From Candidatus Iainarchaeum sp. (GTDB taxonomy: Archaea > Iainarchaeota > Iainarchaeia > Iainarchaeales > 0-14-0-20-30-16), in assembly GCA_028710695.1 (NCBI GenBank), contig JAQTTP010000001.1:206132-238131 (forward strand): a DNA stretch of 32,000 nt, given 5' to 3'. Below the pieces are notes generated by a model, which searched no databases, was not told the origin of the DNA, and saw only the letters and a program-made list of their open reading frames with translations. The position numbers and the translations under genes were made by a program. Shown one piece after another: positions 1 to 8,662 of this stretch (its first letter is position 1; each line of letters begins with the position of its first letter).

Positions 1-439
1 CCTCACGAAACCCTACTCCTGGGCGGGCAGAAAGAGAAAAGTTTTGTCTTAGTTCGATTATTTCTGAATGGGGAAATAAATACCGCATAGACATTTCTGC
101 GCTATACATACAAATTTCTTTATAATGCCCAGCAACTAGAACTTTATTTGGTTTTATTTGGTGCTGTTCTAATAAGTCTCTTATTTTTGTAGTCCATCCT
201 CCATTGCCAAGAATTTGAATTGGAACTGGGGCTCTGATTTTATCAATAATTTCTTTTGGTGCCTCAGAACTACTATATCCAAAAAGAACAGGCAAGTTAT
301 GTCTGTTTGCAAATCTAATAAGAGCAAGCATTTTATTGTTGTGATTCTCTATTGCTTTTTTAGTTGCTTTGCTTGGCTCCTCTGCATTCCACCATCTTGC
401 AGGAGAATGAACAATAAATATTATTGGCCCAGAGTACAT
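1..439 (-). CDS. Partial CDS (C-terminus off left edge), member A of the 'YTGPVIFIVHSP' paralog family; function unknown
   Basis: Manual translation of the minus strand from ATG at 439 stays open to the window edge: MYSGPIIFIVHSPARWWNAEEPSKATKKAIENHNNKMLALIRFANRHNLPVLFGYSS...KVLVAGHYKEICMYSAEMSMRYLFPHSEIIEL...; aligns with ORFs 444-974 and 1722-2306. Missing from the supplied track, probably because it has no stop in the window. Confidence 0.85.
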   Translation of the reverse strand, partial: MYSGPIIFIVHSPARWWNAEEPSKATKKAIENHNNKMLALIRFANRHNLPVLFGYSSSEAPKEIIDKIRAPVPIQILGNGGWTTKIRDLLEQHQIKPNKVLVAGHYKEICMYSAEMSMRYLFPHSEIIELRQNFSLSARPGVGFRE

Positions 440-443
440 ATAT

Positions 444-974
444 TCACCTTAAAACCTCTCTTGTTAATGGTCTTCTTGAAACTCCTAATGAGTCCTTAGT
501 TCTTCGTTCTTTTTCTAAAGTTTCTTTACACATTATTCCACGGCCAACCATGTGGTGTACAGTATAATTTCCGTTTAGTTCTATTATTCTTGTGTGTGGG
601 AATAATTGTCTTAAATCTTCCTCAACATTTTTTACGCACCATTCCCTATAATGCCCCCCAACAATAAATTTAGTAGGGGTTATATTGTGCTCTTCAAATT
701 TTCGTTTTATTTCTTCCTTCCAGAGGTATGCAGATAAAGATAAATCAACAGGAATTGCGTCTTTAACTAAATCTCTGAACCATGGAACTTTTTGAATTCC
801 ATAACCATAAACTAATAGAATTTTTCTTTTTTTTGCAAGAGCGATTAATTTTAAAATTAGTTTACTGTGTGAGAGCTTTGCTGTTCTTTCGGATTCTGTA
901 TTTCGCCAAAGATCATCATTGTCTGCAACAAGCGGGGAATGTACTATGAAGATTACTGGGCCAGTATAAGCCAT
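444..974 (-). CDS. Member B of the 'YTGPVIFIVHSP' paralog family, function unknown
   Basis: 176-aa ORF; shares MAYTGPVIFIVHSPL, KFIVGGHYREWCV and LRQLFPHTRIIEL blocks with the flanking paralogs. Confidence 0.85.
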   Translation of the reverse strand: MAYTGPVIFIVHSPLVADNDDLWRNTESERTAKLSHSKLILKLIALAKKRKILLVYGYGIQKVPWFRDLVKDAIPVDLSLSAYLWKEEIKRKFEEHNITPTKFIVGGHYREWCVKNVEEDLRQLFPHTRIIELNGNYTVHHMVGRGIMCKETLEKERRTKDSLGVSRRPLTREVLR

Positions 975-975
975 G

Positions 976-1668
976 CTATCTCCTTCTAAGGTGTGGAAGG
1001 AATGGCGTGCCTTCTGCCCTCTTTACTGGTATTTCAATGAAGTTTCTTGGCCTCTCTTCTCTTGGTGCAGTTTGGCGTCTTGGAACTGGCAGTTCTCTTT
1101 CTACTGTTCTTCTTCCTTCTATTACTGCCCTTGCAAACGGGTATCCACCGTAATTTGCCTGTCTTCTGATTATGTGGCTTTGTATGTGGCGCTTTGGAAT
1201 ACTTGTTCTATTTGCAATTCTTACTGCTAATAAGTCAGCAAATAGCTCGTCAGCCATATGGTATGGCAATCCAATTCTTTTAGTATATCTGTATGCTGTT
1301 GTTGGTAATACTATATGTGAATATTCGTGTAATAAGGTCATAACTCCAGCAGGGTTTAAGTTGTTTCCTTTAAATAAGTGCTCAGATGGAACTCTAATTG
1401 CGGATTCAAGGTGTGGAACTCTCATTCCATTTGATTCTTCTATGAAAGATCTTTTTACATTTTCTCCAAATGTAACTCCAGATTCATTAGCAGAAAGATA
1501 GTGCCCTTCTCTGAAATGTATTGGAAGCAGAACAACATTCCTCAAGACGTGACCAAGCATAAGCCTTATGTGTGGGTTTGCTTCGCGATCGTACATTTTT
1601 CTTAGAGAAGTGGCAAGCCTTACTCTAAAAACATTAAAATTCGTAATCTGTTGAGAAGTTAATACCAT
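976..1668 (-). CDS. Putative zinc metalloprotease-like protein (HEXXH...ExxAD)
   Basis: 230-aa ORF containing LLHEYSHIVLP (HEXXH) followed 22 residues later by ELFADLLA, matching the gluzincin-type ExxAD third-ligand pattern. Confidence 0.65.
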   Translation of the reverse strand: MVLTSQQITNFNVFRVRLATSLRKMYDREANPHIRLMLGHVLRNVVLLPIHFREGHYLSANESGVTFGENVKRSFIEESNGMRVPHLESAIRVPSEHLFKGNNLNPAGVMTLLHEYSHIVLPTTAYRYTKRIGLPYHMADELFADLLAVRIANRTSIPKRHIQSHIIRRQANYGGYPFARAVIEGRRTVERELPVPRRQTAPREERPRNFIEIPVKRAEGTPFLPHLRRR

Positions 1669-1721
1669 GTAGATAAAAGGAAAAGAAGGTATTTATTTTT
1701 TGCTATTTTATGTGTGCAAAA

Positions 1722-2306
1722 TTATTTTAATATTTTTCTTGCTAGAACTGCTCTTCTTATTCCTAATTTTTGTCTTTCTTCCGTATGCTTTTTTTTCAAA
1801 TCACAAAAATGGCGGTTAGTTTCAACTTTAGAATAAGAAGAATGCCCCCTGAGCTCAACAATTTGTGATTTTGGAAATAACTTCCTTAATATTTTTTGAA
1901 CTCTTTCCATGCAAATTTCTCTATACCATCCGCCCATAATTATCTTTGATGGCCTTATTTCGTGTTGTTCAATTGCGGATAAAATATTTCTTTCCCATTC
2001 TACGTTCAAATGATTCTCAGGATTAGGCGAAAAGTCCAATGCATACTTCATTTCTTGGAGCTCTGTAATTATTGGTTTGTTGCAAGAACCGATAAGTGTT
2101 TTATGTCTTTGTCCATCTCGAAATTCCCATCTTGAGAATTGATAATAATCTCCAACCCCGAAGATAACTGGAATATTGTATTTATTTGCAAATTCAACAA
2201 GTCGAAACATTCTTTTTTCGTGTTCTAATTCTCCTCTTGTGACTGTTCTAGAAGTGGGGGGTAATGGAGAATGAACAATAAAGATAACCGGGCCAGTATA
2301 GACCAT
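1722..2306 (-). CDS. Member C of the 'YTGPVIFIVHSP' paralog family, function unknown
   Basis: 194-aa ORF; MVYTGPVIFIVHSPLPP, IIMGGWYREICM and LRKLFPKSQIVEL blocks match the two neighbouring paralogs. Confidence 0.85.
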   Translation of the reverse strand: MVYTGPVIFIVHSPLPPTSRTVTRGELEHEKRMFRLVEFANKYNIPVIFGVGDYYQFSRWEFRDGQRHKTLIGSCNKPIITELQEMKYALDFSPNPENHLNVEWERNILSAIEQHEIRPSKIIMGGWYREICMERVQKILRKLFPKSQIVELRGHSSYSKVETNRHFCDLKKKHTEERQKLGIRRAVLARKILK

Positions 2307-2316
2307 ATCATTCTCC

Positions 2317-3351
2317 TTACTTTACATATGCAAATACCTGTACTATTTCTCCCCTATACAAATATCCTGAAATTGTAAATCGTGTTGGGATTTCTGGATT
2401 TAGATCATAAGGTACAATAACATCAACATTTTGGTCGTAAGTGTATGTTTGACTATTATAATCAATAGAATTTACAAATATTTTTCCAGATTTTGTTGCT
2501 TTGAAGCTATTATAATCTTGTAAGAATAACCCTACTTTATCATTAGCTTCTGTTGTTGTGATTTTTGTATAATTTATATTGTTGTCTGGAATTATTTCAT
2601 AATTATAGTCTGAAAAATAAGTTTTTACTAAATCTTCTGAAACATTTACATCTGGTGCGTAAATATTTGTTTCTAGGCTTAGATCCAAGATGTCTACATC
2701 TTTTTCATTTGAAAATAAAATTGGCTGCGCGCTGAAGTTGTATACTTCATAAGCAAATATTTGTATTGGGATGCCTTTTTGTAACATTACTTCAAATCTT
2801 GCTGTTATACTGTCATTTTCTAGTGTGCTTGTCTCGGTAATTATTTTTAATTCAGTATATCCCAAGTCATAATCTAAAGTTTTATTTGAATCTTTTGCAA
2901 CCATATGTATTGGATTTGTAAAAGACAGAATTTGTGTTGGGTAAAGCTGATAAGTTTCAAAAGTGTTGTTTAATGATTCTATAAAATTCATGTCATATTC
3001 TTTTTCTTTTAATTTTATATTTGCAACATAAGCAATCTTGCTGTTTTCAGTGTTATAGTTGCTAGAAATAATGTATTTTACTAAGCTTAAATCTCTTATG
3101 CTATTGTCTAATTTTGTTATATCAAGTTCGTTTGTGTCTGCAATTATTAGTATTTCGTCAGATCTTTCTTTTATAATTCCGTTTAGATCCGCATAATATG
3201 CCTCTTTTATGTCTGGCTCTTTATAATCAACCGTGGGTAAAGCATCGCTGTCCTCTTTGTCTCCCCAACCAATAAAAGAAACACCAATTACTGATGCAAG
3301 CATAATAACAATAACAAAAATACTCAAAATCTGTGCAGTAGTTACTTTCAT
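2317..3351 (-). CDS. Membrane-anchored extracytoplasmic protein of unknown function
   Basis: 344-aa ORF with N-terminal hydrophobic segment (AQILSIFVIVIMLASVIGVSFIG) followed by a long polar, Asn/Thr-rich region. Confidence 0.75.
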   Translation of the reverse strand: MKVTTAQILSIFVIVIMLASVIGVSFIGWGDKEDSDALPTVDYKEPDIKEAYYADLNGIIKERSDEILIIADTNELDITKLDNSIRDLSLVKYIISSNYNTENSKIAYVANIKLKEKEYDMNFIESLNNTFETYQLYPTQILSFTNPIHMVAKDSNKTLDYDLGYTELKIITETSTLENDSITARFEVMLQKGIPIQIFAYEVYNFSAQPILFSNEKDVDILDLSLETNIYAPDVNVSEDLVKTYFSDYNYEIIPDNNINYTKITTTEANDKVGLFLQDYNSFKATKSGKIFVNSIDYNSQTYTYDQNVDVIVPYDLNPEIPTRFTISGYLYRGEIVQVFAYVK

Positions 3352-3424
3352 AATAAAATCACCAAATTAGCCTTATTTAATCTATAATTGTGAAATGTAT
3401 TTAAAGCTTAACTCGCTTTTTTAT

Positions 3425-4003
3425 ATGATTTTTATGCAGTTAAAGAATATGAATATTATAATTTGTGGGCTGGTTGCAACAGGAAAGTCTTCTTTAGCAA
3501 GAAAAATTGCAAAAGACTTCAAAATGGATTATATTTCAAGTTCTACTATTTTGAAAGGGGATATGGGCTTTAATTATGTAAAGGAGAAGGCATTTTGGGA
3601 CAAAAAAGGGCTTTCTTTGTTTAAGGATAGAGAAAAAAAAGATTTTGACAAGAAAGTGGACAAATTACAGTTAGGGCTTGCAAAAGAAGGTGGAAAGGTA
3701 TTTGATACTTGGGCATTGGGCTGGCTTTACAAAGGAAAGGCAATAAAGGTTCTTCTTTTTGCATCTGATTCAGTGCGTATTAGTAGGTTAATGGGTAGAG
3801 ATAAAATAACTAAAGCGGAAGCATTAAAGGCAATGAAGGAAAGAGATACAAAGAATGAAAAGTTATTTAGGCGGCTGTATGGAATTGAGGTAACAAAGGA
3901 TCGGAGCCCGTTTGATCTTATTGTGAACACAGATTATTTGACCGAAGAAGAAGTACATAAAATGTTGAAGACTTATTTGTCTAAAGCTTTGAAAACATTG
4001 TGA
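3425..4003 (+). CDS. Cytidylate kinase-like P-loop nucleotide kinase
   Basis: NIIICGLVATGKSSLARKIAKDFKMDYISSS: Walker A GLVATGKSS, and short-kinase C-terminal pattern RDKITKAEALKAMKERDTKNEKLFRRLYGI. Track ORF starts at 3395; an internal ATG near 3425-3449 is more plausible. Confidence 0.75.
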   Translation: MIFMQLKNMNIIICGLVATGKSSLARKIAKDFKMDYISSSTILKGDMGFNYVKEKAFWDKKGLSLFKDREKKDFDKKVDKLQLGLAKEGGKVFDTWALGWLYKGKAIKVLLFASDSVRISRLMGRDKITKAEALKAMKERDTKNEKLFRRLYGIEVTKDRSPFDLIVNTDYLTEEEVHKMLKTYLSKALKTL

Positions 4004-4641
4004 TGTTTATGGCGTATTTTGTAAAGTCTTTTGAAAAAGATTTTGTTTTGAAAACAATAAAAGACAAAAAGAAAGTTGATTTCCAAACTGTAGATAATGT
4101 TTTGACCACTAAAGCCCTGTTGCCAAATACTTTGAGCTTTGGAAAGACAAAAAGATTGGCTTGTAGTTATATTGATAAAAATTACCTGAAAACTTATAGG
4201 TCACAAGGATTGATATTTGAAACAAAACAAAAACCAGACCAAGTTTATCCATTTGATCTTGTGGTTCTAACTAATGCAAATAAATTAGTTGTGCAATATT
4301 ATAGAATTGAAAATAATTTGCATGAATATTATGGGCACGAATTGCTGTCCGGATTTGAAAAGTTTATGTTTGGAGACCCACAAACAATGATTAAAAAAAT
4401 AATTTCTCCAAAGAATGCTTTAGAACTAGTAAATGCTTTTAGAAAAAAGCATGGATTTAAGCTCTTAAGTAAAGCACAATTTAAGCTTGTAGAATATAAT
4501 GAAATGATTTTTAATAAGCCAATAAACATAAAGCCAGTTGCAATATGTGGGTATACAAAATTATCAAAAGAAATTGCAAAGAAATATTCCTTGCCGCATT
4601 TTAGAAATGTAAAAGAGTTTTATAATAAAACTAGCAAGTAG
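4000..4641 (+). CDS. Uncharacterised protein directly coupled to the upstream kinase gene
   Basis: 213-aa ORF overlapping the end of the upstream ORF by 4 nt; no family recognised. Confidence 0.7.
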   Translation: MMFMAYFVKSFEKDFVLKTIKDKKKVDFQTVDNVLTTKALLPNTLSFGKTKRLACSYIDKNYLKTYRSQGLIFETKQKPDQVYPFDLVVLTNANKLVVQYYRIENNLHEYYGHELLSGFEKFMFGDPQTMIKKIISPKNALELVNAFRKKHGFKLLSKAQFKLVEYNEMIFNKPINIKPVAICGYTKLSKEIAKKYSLPHFRNVKEFYNKTSK

Positions 4642-4692
4642 GGCAAGAATAAATTGGGCTTATAGGGTCAGGACAGCGTTAGTTAAGTCGCT

Positions 4693-7494
4693 TTAGCTGA
4701 TCAATTCCTTGGTTACACCAATAATACTTGTTCCTCTTGTGTTCTTGGTTATTCCTAGAACATAGTCACAAAGCTTGATTGTTTCTGTATTGTGAGAAAT
4801 AATTAGAATCTGTGTGGTCTTTGAAAGCTCTTTGATTAGTTTTACTACTTTGTCTGTGTTTTGATAATCTAATGCGGCATCTATTTCATCAAGTAAATAA
4901 AAGCTTGCCGGTTTGTGCTGTAAAATTGCTAATATAAACGCAATTGATACAAGGGCTTTTTCTCCACCCGATAGGCTTTGTAAATTTTTCTTTGATTTTT
5001 TGCTTGAGATTGTGATTTTTACTCCAGCTAAATCTAGATCTTTGTCAGTTAAAACTAAATCTCCAGTTCCAAGTCCAAGTTCAGAAACGTTTTTTATAAA
5101 AATTTCTTTTATTGAGTTGAAATTAGACATAAATGTGGTAGTTTTTTCTAGAATTATTTTATCTAATAGTTCAGAAACTTTTGATTTTTCTTCTTCTAGC
5201 TTTTTGATTTTTTCCTCAATTTCTGAAACTTCTTTTAATAAATTATTGTAATCTTCAATTGCTTTGTGGTTTACTGGGCCCAGGGTGTTGATTTGCTCTT
5301 CTGCCGTATTTAATTCTGCTTTTAAAAGGTGTAATGCTTTGCTTGCTTCTTTTGTGTGGGCCTCAATAATGAATCCTTTGTTATTTCTTACAAAGCTTTC
5401 AATTTCTTCTTCATGTTCTTTTAGTAATTGTGTTTTTGACTTTGTCTCAGATTCTCCAATTTCAATGTGATTTTTGTTTATTATTATATTGCTCTTTAAT
5501 TCTGCTATTTTTTTGTTATTAGTCTGAATTAATTCTTCTAAACTTTGCTTTTTTTGTTTTATTTTTTCATGCCTTGCTTTTTCAGAATTTAAGCTTGCCT
5601 TTTCTTCGACTAACTCTGAATTTAGAGAATTAATTTTCTCTTTTATTTTTAATTCTTCTTTGTTTTTTTCCTCAATTTGTTTTTCTATTTTTTTAATTTC
5701 TTTTTTATGAACATCAATTAGTTCTGTTTTGTATTTTATTTCTTCTTTTATTTTTTCGATTTCAATTTTCTTATTATTTATTTCTTCTTGCATTTTTTGT
5801 TGTTGTTTTACTGTGTTCAATTCTTTTTTTACTTTTTCAATTTCTGTAAGTATATTTTTTCTTTTATTTAGAATTGATGTTATTGAAGAATTATATTCTT
5901 CTATTTTTCTTTTTCTTTCTTCATTGATTTTTGAAATTAATGCCTCTTTTTCTTGTTCTTTTATTTCTAAATCTTGCTTGATCTTTTCAATTTTTTTATT
6001 TGATTCTTCTATTTTTGCATCTATTTCAGAGAGAATATCTTCGGGGCTTAAAGTAGTAATATATAGTTTTCCAGATTTTTTTGTATTTTCTAATTCACAG
6101 TCTTCAAGTTCAGAATCTTCTAATGCGAATACAAAAGTACCAAACCTGTTTTGGGAATATAATTCGTCAACGCGGGCTTGAATTTCTGTCTCGTCTTTAA
6201 TAAAAATAACATTTTCTTCTTCAACATAATTGTTCTCAATTGTGCTTCTCTCAATCTCTAGATTTTTTATTTCTGCTTCTACAACTTTTATTTCCTCTCT
6301 TATTGAATCAGATTCCTTTATTTTATCTAATAGTTCTTGTGGGTTTTTTTCTAAATCGCTTATTTTTTGCTTATTGATTTGTAATTCATTATCAAATTGA
6401 TTTAATTCTCTGTCATAATTGCAAACAGTAAATTGTTTAACTTCTGGTACCTCAATTGCATTTCGTAAAAATTCCTGTAATTCAGAAATCCTTTTTTCTA
6501 AGCCTTCATTTTTTTTGTGGATTCCTAAGATCTCTTGGTTCTTTGAATCTATATCAGAATTTAGATATTTTATTTCTCTTTCTAATTTGTGTAATTCTCT
6601 TTCTTCGTTTTGTACAGTAAGTTCTTTTTTTGTAACTTGTTCTTTAATTTTTTCAAATACTTTGAACTCAGAATCAAAATCTTTTGCAATGTTTTTTAGT
6701 TCTAATTCAGATTCCTCTGTTTCTGATTTTAATTTAACGAGCTCTTTTTCAAAAATAGCAATTTCTTTTGTACAAGTTTCAATCTTTTCTGCTAATTTTG
6801 CTAGCTCTCTTTCAGTATGTTCTTTTTGTTTTTTAAGAATAATTGCTTTTGTAGTTGTTTTTTTATTGTTTAGTTCTATGTATCTTTCTGCTGTTTCTTT
6901 TTGAGTTCTTAGATTTGTCAACCATTCATCCTTTTCTCTTAATGCAATATTTATTTTTTCAACATTTACATTAACAGATTCTAGATTTTTTTTAGATAAG
7001 TCTAATCTATCTTGGAACTTTTCAATATCTGAAATTTCATCAATAATCTTTTTTCGTTCTAAGTCTGTAGCTTCGGTAATCTTTTTTATTTTGTCTTGTA
7101 AAATAAAATTGTGACCATCAGGGTAGATGTTATAATTTGAAAGCATTGAAACTATTGATTCTAAAGTTGTTCTACTTCCATTTAGTCGGAAAACAGAGCC
7201 TTTTTCTGAAACTTCTCTTGAGATTTTGTATGTTTCATTTTTCTTTTCGTCTTCTAAAGTAATTGATACTTTTGCGACTTTAGTATCTGATGCTTTGTTT
7301 ATTAATTCTTCAATATTAGCATAACGTAATTTTTTTTGAGATGTGTTTCCTAAAGCAAATATAATTGCATCAAAGAAGTTGCTTTTTCCACAACCATTTG
7401 GGCCAACAACAGCAGTTAAGCCGTCTTTGAGTTTTGCATCAAGGGTTCTGAAGGATTTAAAATCTTCAATGTTTAGCTCCCTTAATTTTAGCAT
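4693..7494 (-). CDS. smc: SMC-like chromosome segregation ATPase, short form (933 aa)
   Basis: N-terminal FKSF and Walker A GPNGCGKSNFFDAI; long coiled coils; C-terminal ABC signature LSGGEKALVSIAF and Walker B FYLLDEIDAALD. Confidence 0.92.
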   Translation of the reverse strand: MLKLRELNIEDFKSFRTLDAKLKDGLTAVVGPNGCGKSNFFDAIIFALGNTSQKKLRYANIEELINKASDTKVAKVSITLEDEKKNETYKISREVSEKGSVFRLNGSRTTLESIVSMLSNYNIYPDGHNFILQDKIKKITEATDLERKKIIDEISDIEKFQDRLDLSKKNLESVNVNVEKINIALREKDEWLTNLRTQKETAERYIELNNKKTTTKAIILKKQKEHTERELAKLAEKIETCTKEIAIFEKELVKLKSETEESELELKNIAKDFDSEFKVFEKIKEQVTKKELTVQNEERELHKLEREIKYLNSDIDSKNQEILGIHKKNEGLEKRISELQEFLRNAIEVPEVKQFTVCNYDRELNQFDNELQINKQKISDLEKNPQELLDKIKESDSIREEIKVVEAEIKNLEIERSTIENNYVEEENVIFIKDETEIQARVDELYSQNRFGTFVFALEDSELEDCELENTKKSGKLYITTLSPEDILSEIDAKIEESNKKIEKIKQDLEIKEQEKEALISKINEERKRKIEEYNSSITSILNKRKNILTEIEKVKKELNTVKQQQKMQEEINNKKIEIEKIKEEIKYKTELIDVHKKEIKKIEKQIEEKNKEELKIKEKINSLNSELVEEKASLNSEKARHEKIKQKKQSLEELIQTNNKKIAELKSNIIINKNHIEIGESETKSKTQLLKEHEEEIESFVRNNKGFIIEAHTKEASKALHLLKAELNTAEEQINTLGPVNHKAIEDYNNLLKEVSEIEEKIKKLEEEKSKVSELLDKIILEKTTTFMSNFNSIKEIFIKNVSELGLGTGDLVLTDKDLDLAGVKITISSKKSKKNLQSLSGGEKALVSIAFILAILQHKPASFYLLDEIDAALDYQNTDKVVKLIKELSKTTQILIISHNTETIKLCDYVLGITKNTRGTSIIGVTKELIS

Positions 7495-7526
7495 TTTTTC
7501 ACACTCACATCATGGTTCTTTTACTA

Positions 7527-8246
7527 TTAGTATTTGTGATACATAGTCATTAAAAACCAAGTCCCAACTATTGTGGCTAAAATGATTCCAATAATATAAT
7601 ATCCATAAAGGGGCAAGCCATAACTATATAGGGTTGTGAGTAGAGCATCAACAATATGTACTAATGCAAAGAATAGGATTAAAAGTAATAAAATGCGAGG
7701 GCTTTTTCCTTTTATTTTTTCCTTGGAATTCAGCCATGATTCTCTAAAAGAAGTGGAGTCTAAAACAAGATTTGGAACTAAATAAAAAAGCCTAATTGCA
7801 AGGAAGATTAGTATTATAATTTCAATAATGCCTACTGTGATATAAAGCCAGGTGCTGAAGCTAGCAACCATATTGATCAAAGCAAGAACAATTGATAAAA
7901 TAAAGATAAAACAAAATAGCCCAACTACTCTCCAATAATTTGAAAATGGATTCTTTTTTTCGAAAATATTGTAGGTAATTGTTGGCGCTAAAGAACTAAT
8001 TAAAATGAATACTATTGTACATAACAAAAGTATTATAATATCCCACGGATTTATAGCCAAATAATAACCAAAAGCAGAGAAAATATTTGTCTGGTTTCCA
8101 ATCATTATGAAAATAAGATTTTCCACTATATTGTAGATAAAATACCCTTGTATAAGGGCCAGAGCAGTAACTATTACAGCGTTTATAAGTAAAGCCTTCC
8201 AATTCTTGAATGCATCCGTAAGTCCGTTAATAAAAGAATTTTCCAT
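7527..8246 (-). CDS. Multi-pass membrane protein, unknown function
   Basis: 239-aa ORF with about six hydrophobic segments. Confidence 0.7.
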   Translation of the reverse strand: MENSFINGLTDAFKNWKALLINAVIVTALALIQGYFIYNIVENLIFIMIGNQTNIFSAFGYYLAINPWDIIILLLCTIVFILISSLAPTITYNIFEKKNPFSNYWRVVGLFCFIFILSIVLALINMVASFSTWLYITVGIIEIIILIFLAIRLFYLVPNLVLDSTSFRESWLNSKEKIKGKSPRILLLLILFFALVHIVDALLTTLYSYGLPLYGYYIIGIILATIVGTWFLMTMYHKY

Positions 8247-8347
8247 ATCTACACCTAAAAATACCCAGAAAACGTATAAAATAAACAGATTAGACTTATA
8301 AATGTATAGCCTGAATAAATATTGTATAACTTATTATTGATTATTGA

Positions 8348-8354
8348 AGGTGAG
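8348..8354 (+). promoter_or_regulatory. Shine-Dalgarno-like sequence (AGGTGAG) for L44e
   Basis: aaggtgag immediately upstream of the ATG at 8359. Confidence 0.55.
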
Positions 8355-8358
8355 CAAA

Positions 8359-8640
8359 ATGCAAATTCCAAAAGAAATTAAACTTTATTGTGAAAAGTGT
8401 AAAACACATAAACCACATACCCTGAAGCAGTTTAAGGCTGGCCAGAAGAGAACAATGGGAGAGCACACAAGAAAGCACGAGGCAAAGCACGTTGCAGGTT
8501 ATGGTGGAAAAGCAAGGCACACAATTCCTAAGAAAAAGCAGGGAAAAAGACCAACATACATGGGTACTTGTACTGTATGTGGAAGAAAGACATATTATAT
8601 TGCGGGTTGTAGAACAAAGAAACAGGCAGAGCTTATATAA
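8359..8640 (+). CDS. rpl44e: 50S ribosomal protein L44e
   Basis: MQIPKEIKLYCEKCKTHKPHTLKQFKAGQKRTMGEHTRKHEAKHVAGYGGK...TCTVCGRKTYYIAGCRTKKQAEL with two CxxC pairs. The ATG at 8359 is preferred over the TTG at 8344 in the track. Confidence 0.95.
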   Translation: MQIPKEIKLYCEKCKTHKPHTLKQFKAGQKRTMGEHTRKHEAKHVAGYGGKARHTIPKKKQGKRPTYMGTCTVCGRKTYYIAGCRTKKQAELI

Positions 8641-8662
8641 AGCTCCCTTTTTTTAAGGGCTG

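Noticed and set aside
215-1501. Plus-strand ORFs 215-499, 973-1230 and 1172-1501
   Set aside because: Opposite the paralog array and the HEXXH gene, whose conserved motifs are clearly on the minus strand.
3395-3424. Upstream 5' extension of the kinase ORF (MYLKLNSLFYMIFMQL...)
   Set aside because: The conserved P-loop kinase sequence begins near NIIICG; the extension looks like untranslated AT-rich leader.
4913-6904. Plus-strand ORFs opposite the SMC gene (4913-5251, 5264-5470, 5729-6181, 6419-6904)
   Set aside because: Low-complexity Ser/Phe/Ile-rich translations are the expected antisense of Glu/Lys-rich coiled coils; not supported as genes.
4693-7494. Possibility that the coiled-coil ATPase is Rad50
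   Set aside because: No CxxC zinc-hook motif in the middle, and the signature LSGGEKALVSIAFILAI plus DEIDAALD is SMC-like.
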